Numbered from the stretch's first letter, positions 50,655 to 60,381 are shown. The stretch: 64,000 nucleotides of DNA from Candidatus Binataceae bacterium (GCA_963803045.1 CAWDLC010000014.1:114003-178002), one strand, 5' to 3'. Notes: generated by a model not told the origin, from the letters alone. Translations and numbers: made by a program.

Positions 50655-51984
50655 CTAGCCCAGTCCGTATCTCCGGCGCTTTCGCCACAATGTCGCGACG
50701 TTGATTCCCAGCATCTCGGCCGCCTCCTTCGAGTGTCATTGCCTGCTCGAGCACTACTTCGATATGCCGCCGCTCCATCTGCTCCAGCGTCTGGCTGTGA
50801 TCGAGTTTGTCGGGTGACGCGAGTATTTTGTCCGGCAGATCGCTTAGATCGATCGTTGCGCCGCGGCTCAGGATCACCGCGCGTTCCATCACGTTGCGAA
50901 GCTCGCGGATATTGCCCGGCCACGAGTAAGACACCAGCGCCTCGCGCGCCTCGGCCGCGATCGAATGGGCCGGCTTGTGATGCGTCTGTGCGGCTTGCGC
51001 CGCGAAGTGCTCGGCCAGCTTCAGGATTTCTCCCGGCCGGTCGCGGAGCGCCGGTACGTGCAATTCGATCACGTTGAGCCGGTAATAGAGATCCTCGCGG
51101 AAGCGCTTTTCTTTGACCAGTTGCTCGAGGTGCTGATTGGTCGCGGCGATTATGCGTGCGTCCACTTTGATCGTCTGCGCGCCGCCGACGCGCTCGAACG
51201 CCCGCTCCTGCAGAAAACGCAACAGCTTGGACTGAACCACCGGCGTCAGGTCGCCGATCTCGTCGAGCAGAACGGTCCCGCCCTCAGCCGCTTCGAGACG
51301 TCCGGGCTTGTCCTTGATCGCCCCGGTAAACGAGCCGCGCACGTGCCCGAAGAGTTCACTTTCCAGCAGATGCTCGCTGAGCGTCGTGCACGCGACCTGT
51401 ACAAACGGTCCGTCTTTGCGCGGACTCAACCGATGTATGTACGACGCCAGCATGCTCTTGCCGGTGCCGCTTTCGCCGGTGATTAAAGCGGTCGCGTCGC
51501 TGTCAGCCACCTGCGCGGCGGTCTCCGCCAGCTTTCGCGAATGCGGACTGTACGTGAGGAACGGCTCAGGCTCGGTCAGGCTTTCGATCCGATCGCGCAA
51601 TTCTTTGTTCTCGGCGCGCAGTTCGTGCACCTCGAGCGCGCGCGCGACGACGTGCACAATGTGGTCGGCCGTGAACGGCTTGGTGACGTAGTCGTACGCC
51701 CCCTGGCGCATCGCCTCGACCGCGTCGGGAATCGAGCCGTACGCCGTCATCAGCACGACCGGTAGCGCCGGGTTGAGCCGTTTGATCGACTCGAGCAGCT
51801 TCAGCCCGCCCATCCCTTCCATGCGAACGTCGGAGACGACTACTGCGGGTGCCGATGGCCCGAGCAGTTCCAGCGCGCGTTCAGCGTTTTCCGCCACGGT
51901 CACTTGATGATTTGCAGATTCAAGGCTCGCCGCCAGAACGCGGCGGATGTTGCGGTCGTCATCGACGACAAGGATGTTAGCCAA
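50655..51984 (-). pseudogene. sigma-54-dependent response regulator (NtrC family), one frameshift before the Fis-type HTH
   Basis: REC domain (ILVVDDD...SDVRMEG), AAA+ GESGTGKS, GSFTGA, ESELFGH. The HTH EAAEMLGINVATLWRKRRRYGLG* is only read after a shift at about 50725. Confidence 0.85.
50661..50708 (+). repeat. direct repeat C, copy 2 (inside the activator 3' end)
   Basis: See copy 1. Confidence 0.85.
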
Positions 51985-52153
51985 GCGTTTTCCCGGTTAG
52001 CCCTGCAGTCTCAATTCTACCGCTCGATGGCCTAGCAGTATCAAGAGGGTTCACGCCTGGCGTTATTGCAAATTGCACGGCTCTAATCGCTCATCGCATT
52101 GCGCTTCGCACGTCAAATTCTGCAAATCCTAACTAGATTATAAGGAATCATTG

Positions 52154-52170
52154 CGGTCTGCATCTTGCAA
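52154..52170 (+). promoter_or_regulatory. candidate sigma-54 promoter for the permease gene
   Basis: cGGtctgcatcTTGCaa has GG-N10-GC spacing and a good -12 TTGCA. It lies about 55 nt upstream of the TTG start at 52224, with the activator gene divergent. Confidence 0.35.
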
Positions 52171-52223
52171 CTTGAAATGCATGCATCGCCGACGTTTTCG
52201 GCGCTTGCATCGGAGATTCATAG

Positions 52224-54266
52224 TTGGCAGCCACTCCAAAAGCTTTGAGCGCCGAGCAGGCTCACCCGCAGGCGACCTTCGGCAGACAAACCAAAGCAAT
52301 CGTAGTTACCACCGGGATGCTGGCCTTCATTTCCTTCTGGCGAGCGTCCGCGATCGTGCTATGCGATCTCGCCTCGACCGCCTACTACATCGGCGGCATC
52401 GTCGAGCAGGCCTGCGGTCGTTCTGCACCGTACTTTATTCTCGCCGTCATGCTGTTCTCGTACGCGGTGCGCGCTGTGTACGTAGAATCGTGCTCGATGT
52501 TTACGCGCGGCGGCGTATATCGGGTCGTCAAAGAAGCGATGGGCTCGACGCTGGCAAAAATCTCGGTGTCGGCCCTGATGTTCGACTACATCCTGACCGG
52601 GCCGATCAGTGGCGTCTCGGCTGGCCAATACCTGGTCGGTTTGATCGACGAACTGCTCAAGCTCGCGCATTCCCCAATTATTCTGCCGGCCGATTTCTCG
52701 GCCGCCTTCTTCGCCATAGCCGTGACCGTATATTTCTGGCGTCAGAATATTCTTGGCATCGAGGAATCCAGCGGCAAGGCGATGCGAATCATGCAGATCA
52801 CGACCGTGATGGCCGTGATCATGATCGCATGGTGCGGCCTGACGATTTTAATGCGTGGTGCGCATCTGCCGCCGTTCGAATTGAACTTCACCGACGACTC
52901 GCTGGGATGGCTCAAGCACTTTCCTGGTGCGCGCACCATCGGCACGCTTGGAATCCTGATCGCGTTCGGCCATTCGATCCTCGCGATGTCGGGTGAGGAA
53001 TCTCTGGCACAGATCAATCGCGAGATCGCGGCGCCCAAGCTCAAGAACCTCCTGCGCACCGGCCTGGTCATCTTCATTTACAGCCTGCTGCTGACGTCGT
53101 TGGTGTCTTTTTTCGCGGTCATGATCATCCCGGACAGCGTCCGGATGTCGAATTACGGTGACGATCTGATCGGCGGGCTCGCGATGTTCATGGTCGGCCC
53201 GCTGTGGGCGCGGATCGCGCTGCGCGCGTTCGTGGTATTCGTCGGATTCCTGATTCTGGCCGGCGCCGTTAACACCGCGATCGTCGGTTCGACGGGCGTG
53301 CTTACTCGCGTCGCGGAAGACGGCGTACTGCTCGACTGGTTCCGCCATCCGCACAAGAAATTCGGCACCAACCATCGCATCGTAAATATGGTCGCGATGC
53401 TCCAGATCGCCACGATCGTGCTCTCGCGCGGCGACATGTTCGTGCTCGGCGAGGCCTACGCATTCGGCGTCATCTGGAGCTTCGTCTTCAAAACGCTCTC
53501 CGTGCTGATTCTGCGCTACAAGGACCAGTACCACCGCTTGTGGAGGATGCCGCTGAATCTGACCTGGTTCCGCCTCGGCGGCAAGGACTTTCCGCTCGGT
53601 CTCACGCTGACGTTTGTGGTTTTGTTAGCGACCGCAGCCATCAACCTGTTCACCAAGCAAGTCGCAACGATCTCAGGCGTCTGCTTCACGCTCGCACTGT
53701 TCGTGATTTTCGAGATTTCGGAAAAGATCAACGGCCAGGCCGCGCACGCCTACGGCGAGGAACCCGAGAAGTTTAATCTGCAACTGGTCGAGGAAGACCA
53801 GGTCGATCCGATTCGACTCGGTCTGTTCGCCGCACACAAGGTGCTGATTGCGATCCGCGATCCTAACAATCTCGCACATTTGCATCGCTATTTATCCGAG
53901 CGCGATGACGCCGAGCTGATCGCGCTGACCGTGCGAACCGAGAAGGGACTTGCCTCCAGCGACGGCGGTCAAATCTTCACCGACGCCGAAGGAAAATTGT
54001 TCAGCAAAGTTGTCAAGGTTTGTGAGGATCACGGTCGCGCCGTCACGCCGCTGGTGGTGGTCTCCAACGACCAGGTCTATGCGATCGCCCGCACGGCGTT
54101 TCTTCTCAGCGTCGATGAAGTCGTGATGGGCGTGTCTGCACGCTTCCACCCCGACGTCCAGCTCGAAAACTTCGCGATGCACTGGGGATCGCTCGGCGAT
54201 TCGGACGAGCATCACGTAAACGTGCGCGTGCTCTCCGACCAGCAGGACATCCGCGCCGAAATCTAG
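52224..54266 (+). CDS. APC-superfamily permease with C-terminal universal-stress-protein-like domain
   Basis: About 12 TM helices, then KVLIAIRDPNN...ELIALTVR...VVVSNDQVYAI...EVVMGVS. TTG start. Confidence 0.75.
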   Translation: MAATPKALSAEQAHPQATFGRQTKAIVVTTGMLAFISFWRASAIVLCDLASTAYYIGGIVEQACGRSAPYFILAVMLFSYAVRAVYVESCSMFTRGGVYRVVKEAMGSTLAKISVSALMFDYILTGPISGVSAGQYLVGLIDELLKLAHSPIILPADFSAAFFAIAVTVYFWRQNILGIEESSGKAMRIMQITTVMAVIMIAWCGLTILMRGAHLPPFELNFTDDSLGWLKHFPGARTIGTLGILIAFGHSILAMSGEESLAQINREIAAPKLKNLLRTGLVIFIYSLLLTSLVSFFAVMIIPDSVRMSNYGDDLIGGLAMFMVGPLWARIALRAFVVFVGFLILAGAVNTAIVGSTGVLTRVAEDGVLLDWFRHPHKKFGTNHRIVNMVAMLQIATIVLSRGDMFVLGEAYAFGVIWSFVFKTLSVLILRYKDQYHRLWRMPLNLTWFRLGGKDFPLGLTLTFVVLLATAAINLFTKQVATISGVCFTLALFVIFEISEKINGQAAHAYGEEPEKFNLQLVEEDQVDPIRLGLFAAHKVLIAIRDPNNLAHLHRYLSERDDAELIALTVRTEKGLASSDGGQIFTDAEGKLFSKVVKVCEDHGRAVTPLVVVSNDQVYAIARTAFLLSVDEVVMGVSARFHPDVQLENFAMHWGSLGDSDEHHVNVRVLSDQQDIRAEI

Positions 54267-54280
54267 TTCGCGATTTTTCT
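54249..54280 (+). repeat. direct repeat A, copy 2
   Basis: Overlaps the last 5 codons and stop of the permease gene. Confidence 0.8.
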
Positions 54281-54299
54281 TCGCGCGCGAATCACGATT

Positions 54300-54369
54300 C
54301 TGCCTCCTTCCACCCCGCCTTGGGTGGTGATGCGACTCCAGCTATGATCGGGTTCTCTGGATGGAGCCA
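54300..54369 (+). repeat. direct repeat B, copy 2 (hisH leader including SD)
   Basis: Ends at the first base of the hisH ATG. Confidence 0.85.
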
Positions 54370-54989
54370 TGATCGCAATCGTCGATTACAAAGCCGGCAA
54401 TCTCACCAGCGTTCAGCGCGCGCTCGAATTCCTCGGCCATCAATCCGAGATAACCGATCGCGCCGAGCGCATCGTCGCCGCCGATCGCGTAATCCTCCCG
54501 GGAGTCGGAGCTGCCGGCGCCACGATGGAAAATCTGCGCGCTCTCGGGCTCGTCGAAGTTCTCCGCAACGACGTAGCCCGCGCCGGCAAACCATTCCTGG
54601 GCATCTGCATCGGCATCCAGGTCCTGCTCGATCGCAGCGAAGAAGACGACGCCGATTGCCTCGGCATCATCCCTGGCCGCGTCGCGCGCTATCCGCGCTC
54701 GATTGACGGCCGTCCGCTCAAGGTCCCGCAAATCGGATGGAACCGCGTGCGCCAGACGCGGCCTCATCGAGTCTTCGTCGGCGTGCCTGACAACACTCAC
54801 TTCTATTTCGTCAATTCGTATTATCCGATTCCCGACGACCCCTCGATGGCGATTGCCGCTTCCGACTACGGCATTCCGTTCACCGCCGCGGTCGCGTGCG
54901 ACAACGTGCTCGCGACTCAATTCCATCTCGAAAAGAGCGGCGCGGCCGGCCTTAAACTGCTCGACAACTTCTGCCGGCTGAGTTGCTGA
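54369..54989 (+). CDS. hisH: imidazole glycerol phosphate synthase, glutaminase subunit
   Basis: [34 protein letters not shown]. Confidence 0.9.
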   Translation: MIAIVDYKAGNLTSVQRALEFLGHQSEITDRAERIVAADRVILPGVGAAGATMENLRALGLVEVLRNDVARAGKPFLGICIGIQVLLDRSEEDDADCLGIIPGRVARYPRSIDGRPLKVPQIGWNRVRQTRPHRVFVGVPDNTHFYFVNSYYPIPDDPSMAIAASDYGIPFTAAVACDNVLATQFHLEKSGAAGLKLLDNFCRLSC

Positions 54990-54991
54990 CG

Positions 54992-55793
54992 ATGCTCGCG
55001 AAACGAATCATCCCATGCCTTGATGTCCGTGACGGGAAAGTCACCAAGGGCGTGCAGTTCCTTAAGAACGTCGATGTAGGCGATCCGGTCGCGATGGCGC
55101 GCTACTACTACAACGAGGGCGCCGACGAGATCGTCTTCTACGATATCACCGCATCCAACGAGCGCCGCGCCATCATGCTCGACGTGGTGCGTGCGGTCGC
55201 GCGGGAAATTTTCATTCCTTTCTGCGTCGGCGGCGGACTTCGCACGCTGGAAGACATGCGCGCCGTCCTGCTCGCAGGCGCCGAGAAAGTCTCGATCGAC
55301 TCCGGCGCGGTGCGCAATCCCGCGCTTATCTCCGAGGGCGCGCGCGCGTTCGGCAGCCAATGCGTGGTGCTCTCGATGCAAGTGAAAAAAACGGGTGCCC
55401 GTCCGCAACTACCGACCGGTTACGAAGTCGTGATCGACGGCGGACGCCAGCCCACCGGTCGCGACGCGCTGGCATGGTCGCTCGAGGGCGAGCGGCTTGG
55501 CGCTGGTGAGTTGTGCATCAACTCGATCGATCGTGACGGCACCAAGCTCGGTTACGATCTCGAAGATCACGCGCCGCATCAGCGAAGCCGTTTCGATCCC
55601 CGTGATTGCGTCAGGTGGAGCTGGCGAACCGGCCCATCTGCGCGACGCGTTCACCACCGGCCTCGCCGACGCCGCTATCGTCGCATCCATCGTTCATTAT
55701 GGAGAGCATCCGATACCCGCGCTGAAGTCATATCTCAAAGCCAACGGCGTTGAGATTCGCGACGCCGTCACAGTCGACCTGGCCCCACGATGA
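54992..55793 (+). pseudogene. hisF: imidazole glycerol phosphate synthase, cyclase subunit, one frameshift
   Basis: [39 protein letters not shown] | [20 protein letters not shown]. Frame change at about 55565. Confidence 0.9.
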
Positions 55794-56203
55794 AGATTGC
55801 GTTCGTAGTTTCGGAGTTCAACTCCGAGGTGACCATGCCGATGGAACAGCGGGCGCGCCGCCACGCCGAGTCACTCGGAGTCGAGATCGCGCGCGTGGTC
55901 CGCGTTCCCGGCGTGTACGACATGGCACCGGTCGTAAAAGCTCTGCTCCAGCGCGATGAAATCGACGGCGTGGTGATGATAGGCGCGGTGATCAAGGGTG
56001 ATACCAATCACGACGAGCTGATCTCGCATGCGATCGCCGGCGCCGGCATCCAGCTCTCAATCGAGTTCGACAAGCCGGTCGGTCTCGCCATCACCGGCCC
56101 CGGCATGACTGACGAGCAAGCCGCCGCGCGAATCGACAACGCCAAAAACGGCGTCGAGGCGGTGGTCCGCGTCGCTCGCGCGCTCAAGGAAATTCGCGGC
56201 TAG
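55790..56203 (+). CDS. ribH: 6,7-dimethyl-8-ribityllumazine synthase family protein
   Basis: [43 protein letters not shown] overlap with hisF. Confidence 0.7.
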   Translation: MKIAFVVSEFNSEVTMPMEQRARRHAESLGVEIARVVRVPGVYDMAPVVKALLQRDEIDGVVMIGAVIKGDTNHDELISHAIAGAGIQLSIEFDKPVGLAITGPGMTDEQAAARIDNAKNGVEAVVRVARALKEIRG

Positions 56204-56284
56204 CTCCCGACCGCTCCACAGCTGTTGAGAAACCGCTCGGCCCCTCGTTGAGAGCGTGCGCCCGACTGCCTATACTCTTCGACG

Positions 56285-57118
56285 TTGGGCTTGAAGATGG
56301 TAGAGGCGGGCGGCGGGGGCGAAACTTTTTCCACGCGCACGGCTGCGAGAATTCTCGCGGTCACTCCCGAGCGTATTCGCTACTGGGTCAAGCGCAATCT
56401 TGTGCGCCCGTTGAATTCAGGCGGCCGCAAGTATCGTTTCGCGTTTAATGATCTGCTCGAGATGCGTCTGGCCAAGGAACTGCTCGGCACCCGCCAGCAT
56501 ATCGATCCGATCCAGCGATGTCTCGAGCGGGTGCGCGCGCTCGTCGATCCGGACCGCTCGGTCACGTCGCTGAAACTCGTCAATGACGAAGGCCGTATCG
56601 TCGTGCGCGACGGTCCCTCGCTGATCGAGGCCGAGACCGGCCAGTTGCTGTTAGACTTCGACCGCAGCTATTCGCCCGGCAAGGTCGAGGACGGTTTCGG
56701 GCCCGCCCGCGTGCGCGAGCGCTTCGAGGAGGCGCGCCGAATTGCCGACGAGGATCCGCTCCGCGCGCTCACCATCTACAGCGAGCTCGTCGGCCGCGAG
56801 CCCGGCAACTTCGAGGCGCATCTGCGCCTCGCCACGCTGCTCGAACGCGAGGGCGACTTGGGCGGCGCGCTCCGCCATCTGCTCGGCGCGGCCGCGATCG
56901 TTCCCACCAGCGCTGACGTGCACCTGAAGCTCGGCTTGCTCTACCGCAAGAAGGACGAGCATCAGAATGCGCTGCGAAGTTTTTTGCGCACGCTGGAATG
57001 CGATCCCGCCAACGTCGAGGCCCATCGCAACGCCGCCGAGATGTACGAAACGATGGGCCGCAAACGCGACTCGCAGCGCCATCTGAGCGCCATCCATCGT
57101 TTGATCAAAGGCGACTGA
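56285..57118 (+). CDS. MerR-type HTH protein with C-terminal TPR repeats
   Basis: FSTRTAARILAVTPERIRYWVKRNLV...YRFAFNDLLEMRLAKEL, followed by TPR-like helices. Confidence 0.65.
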   Translation: MGLKMVEAGGGGETFSTRTAARILAVTPERIRYWVKRNLVRPLNSGGRKYRFAFNDLLEMRLAKELLGTRQHIDPIQRCLERVRALVDPDRSVTSLKLVNDEGRIVVRDGPSLIEAETGQLLLDFDRSYSPGKVEDGFGPARVRERFEEARRIADEDPLRALTIYSELVGREPGNFEAHLRLATLLEREGDLGGALRHLLGAAAIVPTSADVHLKLGLLYRKKDEHQNALRSFLRTLECDPANVEAHRNAAEMYETMGRKRDSQRHLSAIHRLIKGD

Positions 57119-57283
57119 TCGCTCGAACCGCCAGCGGGGGTTTCTTCTTTCTCGGTTTCGAGCGCGCGAACGATCGGGAGTTCCCTCCGTCAGCTCCGGC
57201 GGTCCAAGCGCCGGATCGCTACGGGTCTGAGAAACTCACGGATGTTGCTTACGCGGAATATTATCGGCCAAAAGTTTTGAGGA

Positions 57284-58153
57284 ATGGTTAAGCCCCTGAA
57301 GACACGGCTCTATCGGGCGTATTTGACGAGGACGAAAGCAAAACTTGAGCGCGTCACTCAGTCCTCGCTTTGCCGAACGCCACGCCCGCAATCTTACTGG
57401 CTTGATTGGCAAACCCCATTTGGGCCACCAAAAAACAAACTCACCGAAGAACAAGTTCAAAAGCACCTGGCCGAGATCGAGGATTATCCGTCAGCTGTTG
57501 AGGTCGAAGGCGGCGCGGGCGTCGAGGGCTTCCCGAAGAAAACTGCTAAGGGACCCCCACCCGGCTTTGGAGAGGGCTTGAAGGGGATGGATTTGGAAGC
57601 GGCGATGAGGCTTCTCTCCTGGTTCGGGGACGTTGGCGACGCCGACATTCACGGCGAAATGGCAGCGGTGGTCGCGACGATGCTGTGCCAGGGGTTCCTA
57701 CTGATGCCAGTCGAGTCCGCGAAACCGAGCGCAGGCTTGTTGCTAGAGATTTCCACCGAAATATTGGGGTCAGAACCGATGACATTGAGCGCAATCAGCA
57801 ATCTTCACGGTCTGCTCGTTCTAATGCCTCGGAAAATCAGATCTGAAATTCACCGGCTCGCATCCGACGCGATCACAAAGGCGAGAGAAGACGCCTTCCT
57901 TGAAGCCGTCTTGCTGCCGAGCCATGCGTTGAAAATGGCGGGCGACTTTAATCAGGCGGTTCGTCGCCTGACTGCGCTTGAATACCAGCAGATAGAGATC
58001 GTCGAAGAAGCTTTGGCCAAATGCTATCGCCATTCAGCGGACAACCGTCTCCAACATTCGACGATCACTAATTTCGAAGTTATCGAGATGGTCGCAAGCG
58101 TAGCGTTGACTCTGGCCACTTCCATTCTGATCGATGGACCGCCGAAGGAATGA
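57284..58153 (+). CDS. hypothetical protein, no recognisable domain (partner of the HEPN-like gene)
   Basis: SD GAGGA before the ATG. Lower GC than its surroundings. ATGA overlap with the next gene. The N-terminal ~100 aa look disordered, so an internal start (MDLEAAM) is possible. Confidence 0.5.
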   Translation: MVKPLKTRLYRAYLTRTKAKLERVTQSSLCRTPRPQSYWLDWQTPFGPPKNKLTEEQVQKHLAEIEDYPSAVEVEGGAGVEGFPKKTAKGPPPGFGEGLKGMDLEAAMRLLSWFGDVGDADIHGEMAAVVATMLCQGFLLMPVESAKPSAGLLLEISTEILGSEPMTLSAISNLHGLLVLMPRKIRSEIHRLASDAITKAREDAFLEAVLLPSHALKMAGDFNQAVRRLTALEYQQIEIVEEALAKCYRHSADNRLQHSTITNFEVIEMVASVALTLATSILIDGPPKE

Positions 58154-58641
58154 GCCGTAAGTTTACGAAGGACAGCTATCGTCCGTATGATTTCCTTTGC
58201 GCGGCCTTCGATCATCTGGCCAGCGCAAACATTCTATTTGCGGACAATCCGCAATGTTACGACTCGGCTGGCTATCTCGCTCACCTCGGATTTGAACTAT
58301 TGTTTAAGGCGCTACTTCTGAACAAATTAGGGTCTTTTCACGACGGCCATTCACTGAAAGCGATTCGGCAAACGATGAAGTCGGCAGGAATCGACCTCTC
58401 GTTTACAGCGGCCCACGAGCGCGTGCTTGACAGACTCGACCGTTGGAAGGAACTGCGTTATCCCGCAAAAAAACCGGACGGATCGCCTTCGATAGGTAAC
58501 CGCGATTGGGATCAGGTAGAGGCTTTGTACGGCTGGATTGACGATCGCATACCGCCCGAATTGCGCCGCCAAATGCAATCGCGAGATCCAAGGTCAAAGT
58601 CTGGCAGGGTCTTGATGCGCAGACGGAAGGACCATCCATAA
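58150..58641 (+). CDS. HEPN-domain-like protein
   Basis: AGYLAHLGFELLFKALLLNKLGSFHDGHSLKAI and WKELRYP fit the classical HEPN (PF05168-type) helix pattern as I remember it. No Rx4-6H motif found. Confidence 0.55.
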   Translation: MSRKFTKDSYRPYDFLCAAFDHLASANILFADNPQCYDSAGYLAHLGFELLFKALLLNKLGSFHDGHSLKAIRQTMKSAGIDLSFTAAHERVLDRLDRWKELRYPAKKPDGSPSIGNRDWDQVEALYGWIDDRIPPELRRQMQSRDPRSKSGRVLMRRRKDHP

Positions 58642-58729
58642 GTCTAAGGAGCGACGCAACGCTCGCGTGGAGCTTAGGGTCACGACACTTTGACCATGAC
58701 AATGCATTTGCAGCCTGGTACCGAGCGCC

Positions 58730-59470
58730 TCAGGGACTCGTGTTCGCGGTCCGGTGAAAGCGAGCGTGCCAAGTCGACTCGACCGAAGGCTGGCCGTTAC
58801 AGCCAAAAGATGGCAACCCGCTACAGCGCTCTACCGTTGACGATTCGACATTCATAGCCTCACCCTCGTCAGCTAGCACGCAGCGGCTATCGGAGCTTAC
58901 GGCATCCCTCACGGTGGGCCCCGGAAAGAGCCCCAAGATCTTGGTACGCTGATCCATTCTGGCCACGCTGTGCAATAGGACCTGATTCCTACCGTCCGTG
59001 GAAACAACTTCGGTCTGCTCGTCGTAGTTGCTGATCTTGTAGCCACGTTCCGACGCATACGCGGTATCCAACTTGGAGTCGTGAAAGGTGATTGTGAACG
59101 GTCCGTTGCCCGTTCTCCGGAAGCAGAAACGAAATGTCCTCGGCATCCAACCTGCGATGCGCGGACCTTGCAAATACTGCCAAGAGTCGGGTTCGGAGAC
59201 CGTACCCTCCCAGCATCCTTCAAACTCCTTCGGCACCGGCGGAATTTCAAGCGTGCTTTGTCCGGAAGAATTAGGAGCTGCGGTCGGTTTATCACCTGGT
59301 GCTACCAGATTGCCTTGCTGGTCGACCGTAAATTTGGGGATGGCTGGCGCGACGCGCTGTTGCGGAGCGGGCGGCGTAATCGAAATCTGAGCAGTCGCCA
59401 CGCCGATCAACGCTGAGCAAGATACAGCGAGCACGACCAGCGCGAGCGCGGCGGCGTGGCGGAGATTCAT
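58730..59470 (-). CDS. secreted hypothetical protein (Cys-containing)
   Basis: Signal peptide MNLRHAAALALVVLAVSCSALIGVATA; no recognised domain. Confidence 0.5.
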   Translation of the reverse strand: MNLRHAAALALVVLAVSCSALIGVATAQISITPPAPQQRVAPAIPKFTVDQQGNLVAPGDKPTAAPNSSGQSTLEIPPVPKEFEGCWEGTVSEPDSWQYLQGPRIAGWMPRTFRFCFRRTGNGPFTITFHDSKLDTAYASERGYKISNYDEQTEVVSTDGRNQVLLHSVARMDQRTKILGLFPGPTVRDAVSSDSRCVLADEGEAMNVESSTVERCSGLPSFGCNGQPSVESTWHARFHRTANTSP

Positions 59471-59695
59471 GCCCGTGAGTTAGCAGACTGCCGCACGGCC
59501 GACAAATCGCCTAAAGAAGTCGGACTGGTAGACGGTTTCTTACCAATTGAAACAGCGCGGCGATTGACATGTACTTAGACCATGATGAAACAGAATGAGC
59601 AGACAGAGCGCGCCATGGCCGTGGCGATCGCTCAAGTCGCGGGCGCTCGCGGCGCGTGTTGAATCACCGCAACTCGCGGCGATAAGCTCGCTCCT

Positions 59696-60034
59696 ATGCC
59701 GCGCGATTCGCTCAAACCAATTGACATCCTGCGCCACGAACTGAAAGCGTTGCGCTTCATTCTCGACAACTTTCACTCGGGCAAACTTGGCGCGGGCGGC
59801 CTTCCGCCGCGCGAGGACTTCCAATCCGCGCAAGGCCGCATGCTCTACGATTCGATCGTCAAATCTCCCGACCGCGAGGCCGCCGAGCGCGCGATAGCCC
59901 TGCTCGAGCTCGACGACGTTGACATCGATTCGTTCCTGCACCTGAGCGGCGGGCACTACTACGCCTATCCGGCCCTCGTCCGTCAGCGCGCGGCGGCTAT
60001 TCGCACGGGCAGGCTCACGGTCGAAGGCACGTGA
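59696..60034 (+). CDS. hypothetical protein (weak resemblance to the DnaB-helicase N-terminal domain)
   Basis: 112 aa. Pattern L..ILDN...PPREDF....GRMLYDSI resembles a DnaB N-terminal domain only loosely. Confidence 0.35.
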   Translation: MPRDSLKPIDILRHELKALRFILDNFHSGKLGAGGLPPREDFQSAQGRMLYDSIVKSPDREAAERAIALLELDDVDIDSFLHLSGGHYYAYPALVRQRAAAIRTGRLTVEGT

Positions 60035-60381
60035 GTTCTTCGATCCCCAAAGAGATCCATGTGCTCCTCGATTCTGCGGGCGCGCTGATCGTCTTTCAGG
60101 AGAAAGGCGCGCCGTGGGCCGCCGTGCTCGGGTTCTCCAGCGAGGATCGAGCTCGCGAGTTCTGCCGCACCAGCAATCTCGACGCTGCCGAGGTCGCTGC
60201 GATTTCGACTGGCGATCCCCAGGCTGTCGCCGGTCTGATCGCCTCGATCAAGCGCCACGCCATCCGCAACCTGCTGCTCGATCTCGACTACAAGACCGGT
60301 GCCTGCACGCAAATCGACTTCGAGGGCGACTCTTTCGGCGAGATGATTGCCCGCCAACTGACTCCACGAGGCAAGCACTGA
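60031..60381 (+). CDS. hypothetical protein
   Basis: 116 aa. 4-nt start/stop overlap with the previous ORF. Confidence 0.35.
   Translation: MSSSIPKEIHVLLDSAGALIVFQEKGAPWAAVLGFSSEDRAREFCRTSNLDAAEVAAISTGDPQAVAGLIASIKRHAIRNLLLDLDYKTGACTQIDFEGDSFGEMIARQLTPRGKH

Larger units (their letters stand above)
49741..54248. other. putative inserted block (lipoprotein, sigma-54 activator, APC-USP permease) between dapA and hisH
   Basis: Flanked by repeat A. Contains an internal copy of the hisH leader (repeat B) and a duplicated activator 3' end (repeat C). Confidence 0.4.
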
